Source of the DNA: Octopus bimaculoides
Lineage: Eukaryota
Direction of reading: 5' to 3'
Assembly (NCBI RefSeq): GCF_001194135.2
Contig: NC_068991.1
Location: 29,648,303-29,712,160 of the forward strand
DNA: 63,858 nucleotides
The position numbers and the translations under genes are program-made. Shown piece by piece: positions 1-12,412 of the stretch; within the stretch, counting starts at the first letter, position 1, and the number at the start of each line of letters is the position of its first letter. Below the pieces are notes generated by a model. The model was not told where the DNA came from. It saw only the letters and a program-made list of their open reading frames with translations, and did not search any database.

Positions 1-330
1 CAGCATTCTACCTCCCACACACAGCCCCTCGTTCCCGATCACCGTTTGTTATCTCCCCCTTTCTTAGCTCTCCTGAAAAAAGAATTTCTAACTTCCGGTC
101 AGCCATTGTTATGATCGGCCATTATTATGATTGACCGTTGACTGAACACTATTCAATTTTTTTTCTCCGTGTTTCTCTCCTTGTTTCCGTATTCTTTCTG
201 TTGAAGAGCGTAGCTCGAAACGTCAAAGACTTTCCGTATTCCCGAACGTCATACTAATATATCCTTTTGTTATTTACACCACCTGTCCTCGTCTGTTGTT
301 ATTATTTGTATATTCTCCCATATATATATA
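1..330 (+). mobile_element. 3' terminal region (pseudo-LTR) of a Penelope-like element
   Basis: Shares the tail GAAGAGCGTAG(G)CTCGAAACGT.AAAGACTTT...TAATA.ATC.TTT.TT.TTTACAC.ACCTGTC.TCGT with 53800-53975 (+) and 41050-41290 (-). The latter lies downstream of a GIY-YIG C-terminus. Confidence 0.7.
193..229 (+). ncRNA. Minimal type I hammerhead ribozyme-like motif, A6U core variant
   Basis: TCTTT | CTGTTGAA | GAGC gta GCTC | GAAAC GTC | AAAGA: 5-bp stem I, 4-bp stem II, palindromic ACGT stem III. Confidence 0.65.
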
Positions 331-354
331 CATATATATATGTATGTATATATT

Positions 355-629
355 TGTGTGTCTGTGTTCGTCTCGTCACAATCACTTGACAACCGATGCT
401 GGTGTGTTTATGTCCCCGTAACCTAGCGGTTCGTCAAAGAGACCGATAGAATAAGTACTAGGCTTACAAAGAATAAGTCCTGGGGTTGATTTGTTCGATT
501 AAAGGCNNNNNNNNNNAATAAGTACTAGGCTTACAAAGAATAAGTCCTGGGGTTGATTTGTTCGATTAAAGGCGGTGCTCCAGCATGGCTGCTGTCAAAT
601 GACTGAAACAAGTAAAAGAATAAAAGAAT
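355..629 (+). mobile_element. SINE family A, 3' half
   Basis: Matches the 3' half of the full copy at 46651-47065 (GACAACCGATGCTGGTGTGTTT...GGCGGTGCTCCAGCATGG...GACTGAAACAAGTAAAAG). Interrupted by a short N gap with duplicated flanks. Confidence 0.9.
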
Positions 630-764
630 GTCTATGAGTGTGTATATGTGGAGGTCTGCGTGTGCATGTGTGTATGTGCGTGTGTGCGTGTGCATGTGTG
701 TATATGTGTGTGCATGTGGGTGTATGAGTGTGCATGTGTGTTTGTGTGTGTGTGTGTATGTGTG

Positions 765-806
<42 letters not shown>

Positions 807-1746
807 TGTGTGCGTAGATTAATGTCAATTTAGAATAGAATCGTTACAGAATTTAGTTTTAACGCAGAATCAAAGAACTTCTATGATGAAATATAAAATT
901 AAAAGGCCAGAATTAAAATCTCTTAGAAAGATAAGATACGCCGATCTACTCCATCGATGCGCTTCTTATTATCATATATCAATTTATTTATTTGCTATTA
1001 AAAAAGAACAATTTATTTTTATTGATTTTGTCATGTTGTAAACGCCTCCGACCTAATCTTTCAAATCTCAAATATAAATGACTCGTTTAAAAATGCAAAA
1101 GTGCTTAGGTATTATGATTCAATAAATTTGTGTGTCTTTACATCAGTGCTGACTTGAGTGTGACTCAGTTCAGTTTTCGTTTGTAATAATGAAAATATTC
1201 CGTGGTTTGTGCTTGTTTATGTGATTTGTATATGTGGTTCGGTTTCGTGTCATTATGCTGTATACGCCTCAGTATGTGTGTATATGAAGTTGTGGATGTC
1301 TGTGGCCTGAAATATGATGCATGTGTCAATTATTTTGTGGTTAAAAATGTGTGAATAATGCATTTGTACACACGCGCGCGCGCACACACACACACACACA
1401 CACATACACGTACATATTCGCATGTATGTGTGCATGAGTTGTTATATAGATATTATAGATATGAATACATATGAGTGTGTGTGTGTGTGTGCATGTTTGC
1501 TTTTTTGCGTATGTGTTTGTATTATGTATGCGTATGAGGGTACGTATGAATCATATATCAAATGTTTAATAAACGTATATTAAGTCTCACTGAACAAGTT
1601 GCAGGATCTTCGCTACCAAAGTTGGTGGATCGGGTTTTTTCAAGACTCATGATGCTTGCTTCTCCACAACCCAACAAGCAAAAACTTTATTAATTTCTGC
1701 AATGAACAGAAGAACATAACATAACATAACATAACACAACACACAT

Positions 1747-1970
1747 GAAGGTGGTGAGCTGGCAGAATCGTTAGCACACCAGGTAAAATCCTTAGCGGCA
1801 TTTCGTCCGTTTTTACATCCTGAGTTCAAATTTCGCCGAGGTAACCTTATCTTCCATCTTATCGGGGTCGATAAAATAAGCACCAGTTGGTCACTGGGAT
1901 CGATCTAATCGAGTAATACCCACCACCGAAACTGCTGGCCTCTTGCCAAAATTTGAAATTAATATAACAT
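1747..1970 (+). mobile_element. SINE family B (tRNA-derived)
   Basis: Head GGTGGTGAGCTGGCAGAATCGTTAGC, B-box GAGTTCAAAT, GGGGTCGATAAA core; similar to 42775-43007. Confidence 0.85.
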
Positions 1971-2467
1971 AATACAATATATTGGGTCTCGGACGATCGA
2001 CGTGGTGGATGCAGTTGTTTGATCAAATGAAATACACACTTCTGAATTAATGTTAAAGGGGCTGACACTTGTATCTTCAACGTAATTCTCAAGCAGAATC
2101 AGCGTGACACATCAGCTTTGCTTTTTGAATTACAAGTACAATCCACTTGAGGGAATTCTATACAGTTTCCGACAATAATTATTTTATAATAAGTTATAGT
2201 ATATTAATATTTATATTGTTTTATATTCTATTTTGTAATATATTATAGTAACTTATATTCTGCTCTGTAATATACTATATTAATTTATATTCTATTCTAA
2301 ATTATATTATTTCCTATTACATTATAGTACTTTATATTGTATTATTTTCCACTATATCAAATTACATTATAATAAAGTATAATATAATACATTTTATCAT
2401 ATATTATAACATTTTAATTGACGCAGTATTGCTCGGTTGATTGTACAATTAATATCATACAATAATG

Positions 2468-2690
2468 GTAGAGAGCGAGCTGGTAGAATCGTTACTGCTC
2501 CGGTCGAAATGCTTAGCAGCATTCCTTCTGACTATACGTTTTGAGTTCAAATGCCACTCAGGTCGACTTAGCCTTTCCCCCTGTCGGGGTCGATAAAGTA
2601 AGTAACATTTTGAGTACTAGGGTTGATGTAACGAACTTATTCCTTACCCCGATATTGCTTGCCTGGTACCAAACTTTGAAAATAATATTA
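2468..2690 (+). mobile_element. SINE family B, diverged
   Basis: GAGCTGGTAGAATCGTTA...GAGTTCAAATGCC...GGGGTCGATAAAGTAAGTA. Confidence 0.8.
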
Positions 2691-2915
2691 TTATTATGGT
2701 CCTGTTTGTCAGGCGTGAGTATTTCAGAGGGCGTGTGCTTTACCCCATGCATTTTTTTCCCTCTGAGGAGATTACATTCTAGTATGTGGACTGCCTCGAG
2801 TGTCTGTTGAAGTAACAGAATGTGTAGATGTGCAGGTAGGATTCTTTATCAATCCGTCATGTTTCTCAGTGGTGTATTGGAAGGTTCAAATGTTAATCTT
2901 TCTTTTTTTACTTGT

Positions 2916-2961
<46 letters not shown>

Positions 2962-3214
2962 ACATATATTCGTACGTATGTATGTATGTGAGTGTATATA
3001 TGTATATACATGTGTGTGTTGTGTGTATGTTTCAGTAGCTAGACAAAATTTATATAAACATCTAATTAAAATTGCTATACATACACATAAATGTATAAAC
3101 ATATATGTGTGTATATGAGAGAGAGTGTGTGTATACATATATATATATATGTGTGTGTATATGAGAGAGAGAGTGTGTGTGTATACATATATATATATGT
3201 GTGTATATATATAT

Positions 3215-3261
<47 letters not shown>

Positions 3262-3479
3262 GTATATATATATATATTTGTATGTGTGTATGTATACACG
3301 TATGTAGGTAGGTATGTGTGAGTATATATATTCTATGTAAGTATAGTCCTTTTTAATTCATAGTAATAAAAGAAAAAAATGAAAAAGATGACGAAAAGTA
3401 ATATAACAAATATAAATCGAGATAAAAAAAAAAGGAATAGAGATAAAGAAGAAAATACGGAACGAAATGGTTGTCGCGC

Positions 3480-3830
3480 TCAGTGACACGTGAAAAGCTG
3501 GACTTTAATAAATCTTTCTTGCACTGGATGCCAAAAAGCGTAACCGTAGGCCGATCCGAGCGAAATTTATGCGAGTTTTTCGAACGACAGAAGACTGGCG
3601 CAGCACAGCGGGGTTCCTGCTGTCAGGCAACGTCTTGGCAATGAAAGTGCTCACCCGTGACTTGTAGGCTTCTTTTGTTAGAGTACGTATATAAATTATC
3701 TCCCTTGGCGTCACTCCGACATTTTACTGTGGCTGCTTGGGCTGGTAAAGACAGACGCAGCCATATTTTTAGTGCAGCCGAACGTTTTCAAATGATACTT
3801 GATCGAAATGGCTGTCCAATGACTAAGTGA
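3480..3830 (-). promoter_or_regulatory. CpG-rich putative promoter / first exon
   Basis: Locally CpG-rich; E-box CACGTG at 3487-3492; YY1-type AAAATATGGC (minus, 3769-3760); minus-strand donor-like CGG|GTGAGC at 3655/3654. Confidence 0.3.
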
Positions 3831-4519
3831 ATGAATGTTTAACTGTCCTGACCCCCTACTTGGGTACCATTGCTACCCTATTTTAGTCACATTTCACGCC
3901 TATGACACTTTATGTCCGTTTCAGTCATCTGCATTATGTACTTGTAATGTAATATCGACGTTGTTGAATTTTCTCTCCTTTTTTATTGTTTTATTTTTAT
4001 TGATGGTGATGGCGGTGGGGTCGTGGTTATTTATTGTTTTCCTTTTCTTTTTCTATTTTCTCGTGATTTAAAAAAAAAATTCTGTAACTTATTTTATGTG
4101 CGGATATATGTGTGTGATTGTGTGTGAGTGTGTCTATGAGAATATGCTATTAGCATGTCGATATCTGCATATGTATATGACTGTGTCTGTGCGTGTGTGT
4201 GTGTGCGTGCGCGAGCGTGTGTATGTGGATGTGTGTATCACTGAGTTGTGTATGTGTTTCTACTAAGAATATATATAAAGAAGCAAATAAAAAAGGAAAG
4301 GTCTCTCCATTCATCTCTCTGTTACACTTATATATGTATATATGTATGTATGTGTATATACACAGTTATACATGTTGATCGTAGGTATACAGGTATGTAT
4401 GGTAGCTATAGCTACTAGGAAGCGCATAAATATACATACACAGAAACAAAGACACAGAGAAAGAAAAAAATGTGAGAAACAGAAACGAGAAACAGAGAAG
4501 GAAAGTGGGAGAGGGAGTG

Positions 4520-4562
<43 letters not shown>

Positions 4563-4756
4563 GTGTGAGTGTGTGTGTGTAAGTGAGTTCAGGTTCACAC
4601 GTCTATCGAATACTTGATAAAAATGACTTAAATTATATATGGCAAAACCCCCTAGGGAAAACTGCAGTAATATATAGTATATAATTATATGTGTAAACAC
4701 GTATACATAGGCAGAGGTAAAACATTAAACAGCAGATGGGTGTGTGTGTAGGTATG

Positions 4757-4791
<35 letters not shown>

Positions 4792-4806
4792 GTATATATA
4801 TATATG

Positions 4807-4848
<42 letters not shown>

Positions 4849-4929
4849 CATGTACTGTATATATATATGTATGTATATGTATAAATATATAAGTGTGTAT
4901 ATATATGTATATGTATGTATGTAGACATG

Positions 4930-4967
<38 letters not shown>

Positions 4968-4973
4968 CGTGCG

Positions 4974-5006
<33 letters not shown>

Positions 5007-5023
5007 ATATATGTATATATATG

Positions 5024-5056
<33 letters not shown>

Positions 5057-5118
5057 ATGTATATATATATATATATGTGTATGTGTGTGTGTAGAGAGAG
5101 AGAGAGAGTGAGAAAGAT

Positions 5119-5149
<31 letters not shown>

Positions 5150-5599
5150 GACAAAGACATACGCATACAGAGGTATACGTGTGGCTCTGTGTATTTTATG
5201 ACCTACTTTTGGAGTCTTACCACTAACATTTTTCTGTAAGGAATTAAACGAGAAGCTCGGTCCTTATAATATTATTACAAACTGAGAAAGAGACAGAGCG
5301 TGAGAGAGAGAGAGGGGGGAGAAGGGAGAGAGAGATAGAAGTAAAGGAAGAACAAGAGGTACAAGAGCGAGAGAGTGTATGAACGAGAAGTATACAAGTA
5401 ACAATATTATCTTATGTTTGATGATTGAGTTAATTGTGTAGTCTATGTATATAGAAGATGCAAAATGTGACTTCTCCCCCACCCACGTTTTCTTTCACTT
5501 TTCTGTCAAAATTTTCAGTTCTGACCCACGGCTGCGAAACACATATAAACTGTATCGACCAGGAATTGAACTCCCAGGCAACCATATTATAACGAATTA

Positions 5600-6300
5600 C
5601 ATATTCCAATTCGGAAAGAACCGATGATAGAGACTCAGTGTGCTCCATTAGCAGCCAAATCTCTTTCAAATCCGTCGATACGGTCTTCAAAATGGGTGGA
5701 TATATTTGATATTATCCTAGTAGATAGAATATGGTTGAATATATGACAAGATGGTCACAACTTTGACGCAGTTCATCCTAGACCAATTTCATCAATGATG
5801 TTTGGGTGCTAAACAGCAATAACACGGATGGCCTTATTTTGGATGTGGTCTGCAATGTCTGTGTGTAAACAATAGCACCGTACAAGATATGTGTGCAATA
5901 GATTGTAGGTCTATGGTATTTGTCTGTGCAGCGACAGCAGCGCTATCTCAGATGTAAGAGCAGTAATTGATAGTTGGGTCCTTCCTGTGATGAGAACATG
6001 AATGTCAAATTAAGTTTGGTTAAAGATCATTAGAAGCTGTTGTTGGCTGAAGTCGTTTCTGGTCTTGAAGAGAAAGACCTTTCTATTTAATGCAGTCTTT
6101 ACTATGTTAAGGATCTTAAGGCCTAGCATTTGAAGTGGGCGAATGAGCTGCTATAAAGTTTTCTTGATACCCACATCCAGGGCCGTATTATCAAAAGTGT
6201 CATTCTTTTACAAGATAGTTGCATTGTTTTCCAGCAGATTTAGCTATTATACATAGCGGGTCGAACGAACAAAACGAAGCCCCTCAAGTTGTGTCTTGTT
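5600..6300 (-). mobile_element. Heavily decayed LINE reverse transcriptase C-terminal remnant
   Basis: Minus-strand peptides GLKILNIVKT (cf. RT GLxINxxKT) and DHIQNKAIRVI (cf. RT thumb L..IQ..A.R.I), with many stops and frameshifts. Confidence 0.45.
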
Positions 6301-7274
6301 GCTGTTTAATCCCATATAAACACTGAAATATCAGACAAAAGATTTCTTACCTCACGACCTTTTAGAGACATTTAAGGTTCTATTATTTTGTTCGTCCTTT
6401 ATATTTTTGTATTGTCGGTTGTTATATGTTAGAGATAAAGTGATTGTGCAGCGGCTTCTCTATTAGGTCGTAAACCGATGAGAAGCTCATGAAAAGGTGC
6501 TATGGATAAAGCCAAAAGAGATAAGATTGTGACCCAAACGCAACGAAATGCTTTCCTGTTTTGAGTGCTAGCTCAATGGTGATTGTTGTTTATTGACTCT
6601 ATGTATGACATCAGTCAAAAATGTCAAAAAACAAGGTGGACATCTAATACCGACAAAAAAAGTTTCCCAAAGACATTCAAGATGGCGGTTTATGTGATTT
6701 ATAACGCCTCAATAGATGACAATGTTTTTTAATGAAAAGACGAATAACTAAAACCTTTTTCAAATTATGACAAATGATTTATTATTTAAAGAACAGAGAA
6801 AGAAGTGGAGCGAGTAATCAACATAAAAACTGTAAAAACTGTGGTGTTTGAAGGTAGACAAAAATTTACAGACCAGTTTCGATACCTTGTATCACTTCAC
6901 TTATATTGTTAATTTCTTAGAAAAATAAATGAATTTATTACAACTATTTTCTTGATTTCTTCCCCCACCTAAAATGTTCAGCGTTTGTACCTAATCGTAG
7001 ATGTGAACATACCGTATATGCTCTCTAATAGAAAGGTGAGGTTTTTATCCAAAAATTGTTAGACAACTCACTTTAACGAATAAGTTATTTGAAGTTGTTA
7101 CCTTTCCTTTTGCTTAAGAATTCTTATGTTTTTTGTATAAAATCTTGTTTCTCATCTCTGCTAGTTAAACTCACGACTAATGTAAATATCTTCATTCAAA
7201 AGTTTGTATCTGATACAAAAAATTTAACTGCTATAAAAAGGTGGTTACACCAATGACTTGTATCTTTGGAAATC

Positions 7275-7430
7275 GCGTAGCTATGTAGCCAAAGTGGCAG
7301 TCTTTCGATCGTAAAGTCGAACATTCAATTCCTTGACCGGGTGGTTGTATCCTTGAGCAGGGTACTTCATTTTACATTGCTCCAATCAAGTTAACTGCAA
7401 TGAGTACTTGCTGGGTGGTGGTGGTGGTGG
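7275..7430 (+). mobile_element. SINE family C (tRNA head plus GTATCCTTGAGCAGG core), decayed
   Basis: GCGTAGCTATGTAGCCAAAGTG...CATTCAATTCC...GTATCCTTGAGCAGGGTACTTCATTTTACATTGCTCC; related to 60170-60300. Confidence 0.6.
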
Positions 7431-7958
7431 TGCAGCCCACTCCCGTCCAGTTGTCCCATCCTGGAACTTCTGCTGAGAGAACTTCTGCATGGTGATTGCT
7501 AAAACACACTCGCTCGCTAATCACGACTAATTGTACATTCAATGAAGAATAATTATCAATAAATCCAGTAATTATATTATTCATGGTGCGCATTACTTAT
7601 TGATAAAGGGTGACATTGCTATCAACATTTGTGGTTGTACAAGAGGAATATCAGTTTTCTTCACGATCAGAATGTAAGCACAATCTTAATATATTTAACA
7701 TAGTAATGCAAACTATTACACGTACAAACACAGTGAATTGGCAGAACATCCGCAAAACCATGTTAGGGAATTAATTAAGACTTTATATTTTGCTCGGTCA
7801 GATCCCGCAGGTATCGATTTAACTATTTTGTTGTTTTAATGTTCATAAAAGAAGTACCGATCATATACTGGGGTAAAGTTGATATAATAATTGACAACTG
7901 ATTCCCTCAAACTTTACGGGCTTGTGACTATGTTAGGAAACAATGCATGCACAAACAC

Positions 7959-8014
<56 letters not shown>

Positions 8015-8608
8015 NNNNNNNNNNNNNNNNNNNNNNNNNNNNNNNNNNNNNNNNNNNNNNNNNNNNNNNNNNNNNNNNNNNNNNNNNNNNNNNNNNNNNN
8101 NNNNNNNNNNNNNNNNNNNNNNNNNNNNNNNNNNNNNNNNNNNNNNNNNNNNNNNNNNNNNNNNNNNNNNNNNNNNNNNNNNNNNNNNNNNNNNNNNNNN
8201 NNNNNNNNNNNNNNNNNNNNNNNNNNNNNNNNNNNNNNNNNNNNNNNNNNNNNNNNNNNNNNNNNNNNNNNNNNNNNNNNNNNNNNNNNNNNNNNNNNNN
8301 NNNNNNNNNNNNNNNNNNNNNNNNTTTTGATCTATATAAATGAAGATATTTCCTCCGTCTGGTTGCTTTTCTCTTTACAAAACGGAAAGTTACATTGCGG
8401 AACAGTCATTTTAACGAGTTGTATTTACTTATTTGTCACCCGACGAGATACATCTGCACCACCGGATGCTCCTGAACCAGTTGTTGAGTGTCCCACTCAA
8501 GAGGAATCGATGCTAGATGTGTCGAAAGAATTGTCGTGATTAATGATAAATTCTCATATATTCCATCTTCCGTCTTTCATTTGTTATACATATACATATA
8601 TATATATA

Positions 8609-8693
<85 letters not shown>

Positions 8694-8864
8694 AAACAGG
8701 AGAAAAAAGATACGAAAAACATCCAGGTGACAGTCAGAGATTAAGTTGAGGGTGAAAGACAAAAATTAGAAAAGCATTAAGAATGAAGATTAGAAAAATT
8801 GTTTGATTAAACTATCAGATGTGATCAGATGATAAAGGAATACGAAAGGGATAGATAGAAAGAG

Positions 8865-8919
<55 letters not shown>

Positions 8920-9636
8920 GAGGGGGGGGAGACAGAGACAGAGAGACAGAGAGACAGAAAGACAGAGAGACAGAGAGAAGAGCAGTGTGATGAAGGAAGG
9001 AATGTTACGTAAATGTGTTTGAGAGAAATGTTGGAGCAGACGACCACAGGAGAAAACTATAGTAATACAAATGAAGAATGAGATTGTGAGAGAACTTTAA
9101 AGAGATACAGAGATTGTGCGTGTATATGGAGCGGGAGGGCGAGTGAGAGAAAATGTCTGAACAGACGATCAGATAAACAGACAGATTTAAGTGAGGAAAA
9201 TGGAAAGGGAAGAAGAAAATAAAGAAGACTGTATACAGGGTAGGGATGGCAACGAAAGGGCGTGAGTTCGATGGTTTAGGCAGCCATAATCGTAAAAGAT
9301 TGATGAATAAACTAGATTGAGATTAAGATTTAGATTAATTTGATAGATGTTGAGAGTAATTAATAAGCTGGTGTGGATTTGTGTCAAAAGACATGACGGT
9401 TTAATTGAATCAAATCTGCGAATGTGCGTGTGAGCAAGCGCGTGAATATGTTCATATGTGTGCGTACATAAATGTATTTTGTTGTTTAGGTGTATATGCA
9501 TGCATGTGTATGACGAATAACTCAGATATGTATAAAACGTCATAACTGTTAGCGTTCATTTGCATATGAATATGACACTTTCTATTGCTGTGTTTATTTA
9601 TATACACATGCATCTATCCGTGTGTGTGTGATAAGC

Positions 9637-10043
9637 AGGCGTAAGCGTGGATGAGTGGTAAGAAGCTTGGTTCCCAACCATATGGTTATAGGTTCAGTCC
9701 CACTGCGTGGGACCTTGGGCAAGTGTCTTCTACTACAGCCTCTGGCTATAGTAGAATGGATTTGGTAGACGGAAAATGAAAGAAGCCCGTCGTATATACA
9801 TATATATATATATATACTGTATATATACGCATATGTTTGTTTGTCTGTATTTGTCCCCCCACCACCGTCGCTTGACAACCGATGCTGGTGTGTTTATGTC
9901 CCCGTAAATTAGCGGTTCGGCAAAAGAGACCGATAGAATAAGTACTAGTCTTCCAAAGTATAAGTTCTGGGGTCGATTTACTCGACTAAAGACGATGCTC
10001 CAGCATGGTTGACCGCAGTCAAATGACTTAAACAGATAAAAAA
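9637..10043 (+). mobile_element. SINE family A, full length
   Basis: tRNA-like head (AGGCGTAAGCGTGGATGAGTGGTAAG...GGTTCAGTCCC), internal (TA)n, and 3' half ending GTCAAATGAC. Confidence 0.9.
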
Positions 10044-10489
10044 TGTATATATATATATATATATATATNNNNNNNNNNNNNNNNNNNNNNNNNNNNNNNN
10101 NNNNNNNNNNNNNNNNNNNNNNNNNNNNNNNNNNNNNNNNNNNNNNNNNNNNNNNNNNNNNNNNNNNNNNNNNNNNNNNNNNNNNNNNNNNNNNNNNNNN
10201 NNNNNNNNNNNNNNNNNNNNNNNNNNNNNNNNNNNNNNNNNNNNNNNNNNNNNNNNNNNNNNNNNNNNNNNNNNNNNNNNNNNNNNNNNNNNNNNNNNNN
10301 NNNNNNNNNNNNNNNNNNNNNNNNNNNNNNNNNNNNNNNNNNNNNNNNNNNNNNNNNNNNNNNNNNNNNNNNNNNNNNNNNNNNNNNNNNNNNNNNNNNN
10401 NNNNNNNNNNNNNNNNNNNNNNNNNNNNNNNCGTGCGTGTGTGTGTGTGTGTGTGTGTGTGAGTGTGTGTCAGTTAGCTCCCCTCCATC

Positions 10490-10598
10490 GTTTAACAACC
10501 GTGACTTAGCGGTTCGGTAAAGAGACCGATAGAATAAGTACTAGGCTTACAAAGAATAAGTCCTTCGGTCTGGGTGGAAGGACAAGCACAGACACACA

Positions 10599-10650
<52 letters not shown>

Positions 10651-10800
10651 CGACGGGCTTCTTTCAGTTTCTGTCTACCAAATCCAACCACAGAGCTTTG
10701 GTCGGCCCGAGGTTATAGCAGAAGACACTTGCCGAAGGTGTCACGCAGTGGAACTGAACCCGGAACCATGTGGTTGGGAAGCAAGCGTCATACTACACAA
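10490..10800. mobile_element. Two SINE A fragments in opposite orientation
   Basis: 10490-10562 is a + strand 3' fragment (TTAGCGGTTCGG...TACAAAGAATAAGTCC). 10570-10800 is a - strand 5' half (GACGGGCTTCTTTCAGTTTC...GGAACTGAACCCGGAACCATGTGG). Confidence 0.85.
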
Positions 10801-10809
10801 TCGTTAATT

Positions 10810-10990
10810 AAAAAACGGAGAAATAAGACAAGAAAAAAAACAACAACGCGAGAACGTAGCACATGCAGACTATTAATAAGACGCTCAAGGAAGGAAAGAG
10901 CAGTTGTTTTACCTTTCGAGCATAGCTCTTTTTCAGAAACGGGAGACATAGGAAGGTTGAAAAGAAAAGGAAGAAGGAAAAAAATATCGC
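10810..10990 (-). mobile_element. PLE-type terminal fragment with decayed hammerhead (10906-10940)
   Basis: Minus strand GTTT | CTGAAAAA | GAGC tat GCTC | GAAAGGTA | AAAC. Stems I and II are intact; the core has G8->A. The tail resembles the 1-330 family. Confidence 0.55.
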
Positions 10991-12370
10991 CAACAGTCCA
11001 CGTGTAGGCATATTTTTTGAAATGACCAGAAATAGTTTGACAAAAAGAAAAAGTGCTTCCTGGGACAGGAAATGGTGAAGAATGGTTGGTATCTGTGTGT
11101 ATGCGCGCGTATGTGTGTGCAGGTGTGTGTGTGATAGCATGTGTATGTATGATAGCCTGTATGTGTATGGCAACGTGTGAGTGTGGCAGTAACTGAATGT
11201 GTTTCTGTGTGCGTGGTAGGGTGTGTGCATGTGGTGGTATGTGAATGTGTGCGTTTTAGCGTGTGTGTTTGTGGTGGTAATTGTGCGTGTGTGTGCATGT
11301 GTGTGTGTGTTGTGTGTGGTATTAACTGTTTACATGTGCTTACGTTGTGTGAGTGGTTAGTGTGTGTGTTAATGTCGTAGGGTGAGGTCAGCAACTATAG
11401 TGAAAGGTGTGTATATGGGTGGTTGTGACAGTAGTGTGTGTGTATGTGTGTGTGTGTGTACGTGAGTTTTTGCACATGTGTGTAGATGGGATGGTCCGTA
11501 GTAAGTCAGGGGCAGGTTGAAGGGTGTCTCAGAGGTAGTTTGAAGCAGTATGAAGGGTATGTGGATGGGTGTATATGGATGTGTGTGTTGTGTGTGCGTG
11601 TGTGTCTATGTGCCTGCATGCGCGCGTGCGTGTGCGGGCGTACGTGAGAGGGAGAGTGGGATGAGGTTGGGTGTGGGAGTATTTTTTGAAGGTGTAGGCT
11701 GTGTGAATGGGTGACAGTGACTGTATGTATGTGTGTGTGCATGTTTGTACGTGTGTGAGACGGAAAGAGGAGTGGGGTAGCGTGTGGGTGCGTTGTCTGA
11801 AGGGTGTGTGAATGGGTGGGTATGACTGAGTGAGAGTCATTTTGTGTGTGTATGTGATTGTGTCGGGGACTATGTTTATGTGAGTGTCTATATTGGTGAG
11901 AGAAAAAGAGAGAGAGCGGTGCGCACATACTCACACTCACACAGATAAACACACACGCAACACACACATAAACATATGCACGCACACATACGAACACACG
12001 CACGCACACACATGGATGTGTATATAAGGTACAGAAATAAGGGGAAGGAGTTAGATCATTATATCTGCCTGCATATTTCAACGCTACGTTACATTATTCC
12101 TCCAGGATCGAGTAAAGAAAGCAACGTTTATGTGGGTAGGTTTTGAATGTAATGGACCGTTAACTACCTATCACAGTCTATACATTAACGCTGACAAAAA
12201 CACATATGATATATATGATTATATGTTTATATATAATAGGAGAGTATTGTAGTTCGCTTGAAGCATTGTGCATTATCTGTAAAATATGATGTGTCTTGAA
12301 TGGCACAACAATGCACTATAATAACAACAATGCACTATAATAACTGTTATAATTTAATCATCCATAGTCT

Positions 12371-12412
12371 GATATAATATTTCGGAATACAAAAATTCCT
12401 TCTTCAGATATC
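12371..12412 (-). ncRNA. Minimal type I hammerhead ribozyme, intact core
   Basis: GATAT | CTGAAGAA | GGAA tttttgta TTCC | GAAA TA TT | ATATC: perfect 5-bp stem I, 4-bp stem II, palindromic ATAT stem III, AUU triplet. Confidence 0.75.

Noticed and set aside
455-572. ~52-bp direct duplication within SINE A
   Set aside because: The two copies flank a short N gap; this is a typical scaffolding overlap artefact.
2723-2846. Possible small exons on either strand (CGLPRVSVEVTECVDVQ on +; TLEAVHILECNLLRGKKMHG on -)
   Set aside because: Plausible splice signals exist on both strands, there is no recognisable domain, and no way to choose between them without transcripts.
6678-6688. Perfect YY1-type CAAGATGGCGG
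   Set aside because: Single motif; the frame closes after 7 codons and no supporting motifs or donor were found.
6866-6905. Hammerhead-like GATAC-aag-GTATC GAAACTGGTC on the minus strand
   Set aside because: The core reads GTGAAGT (two changes) and stem I does not pair; too decayed to call.
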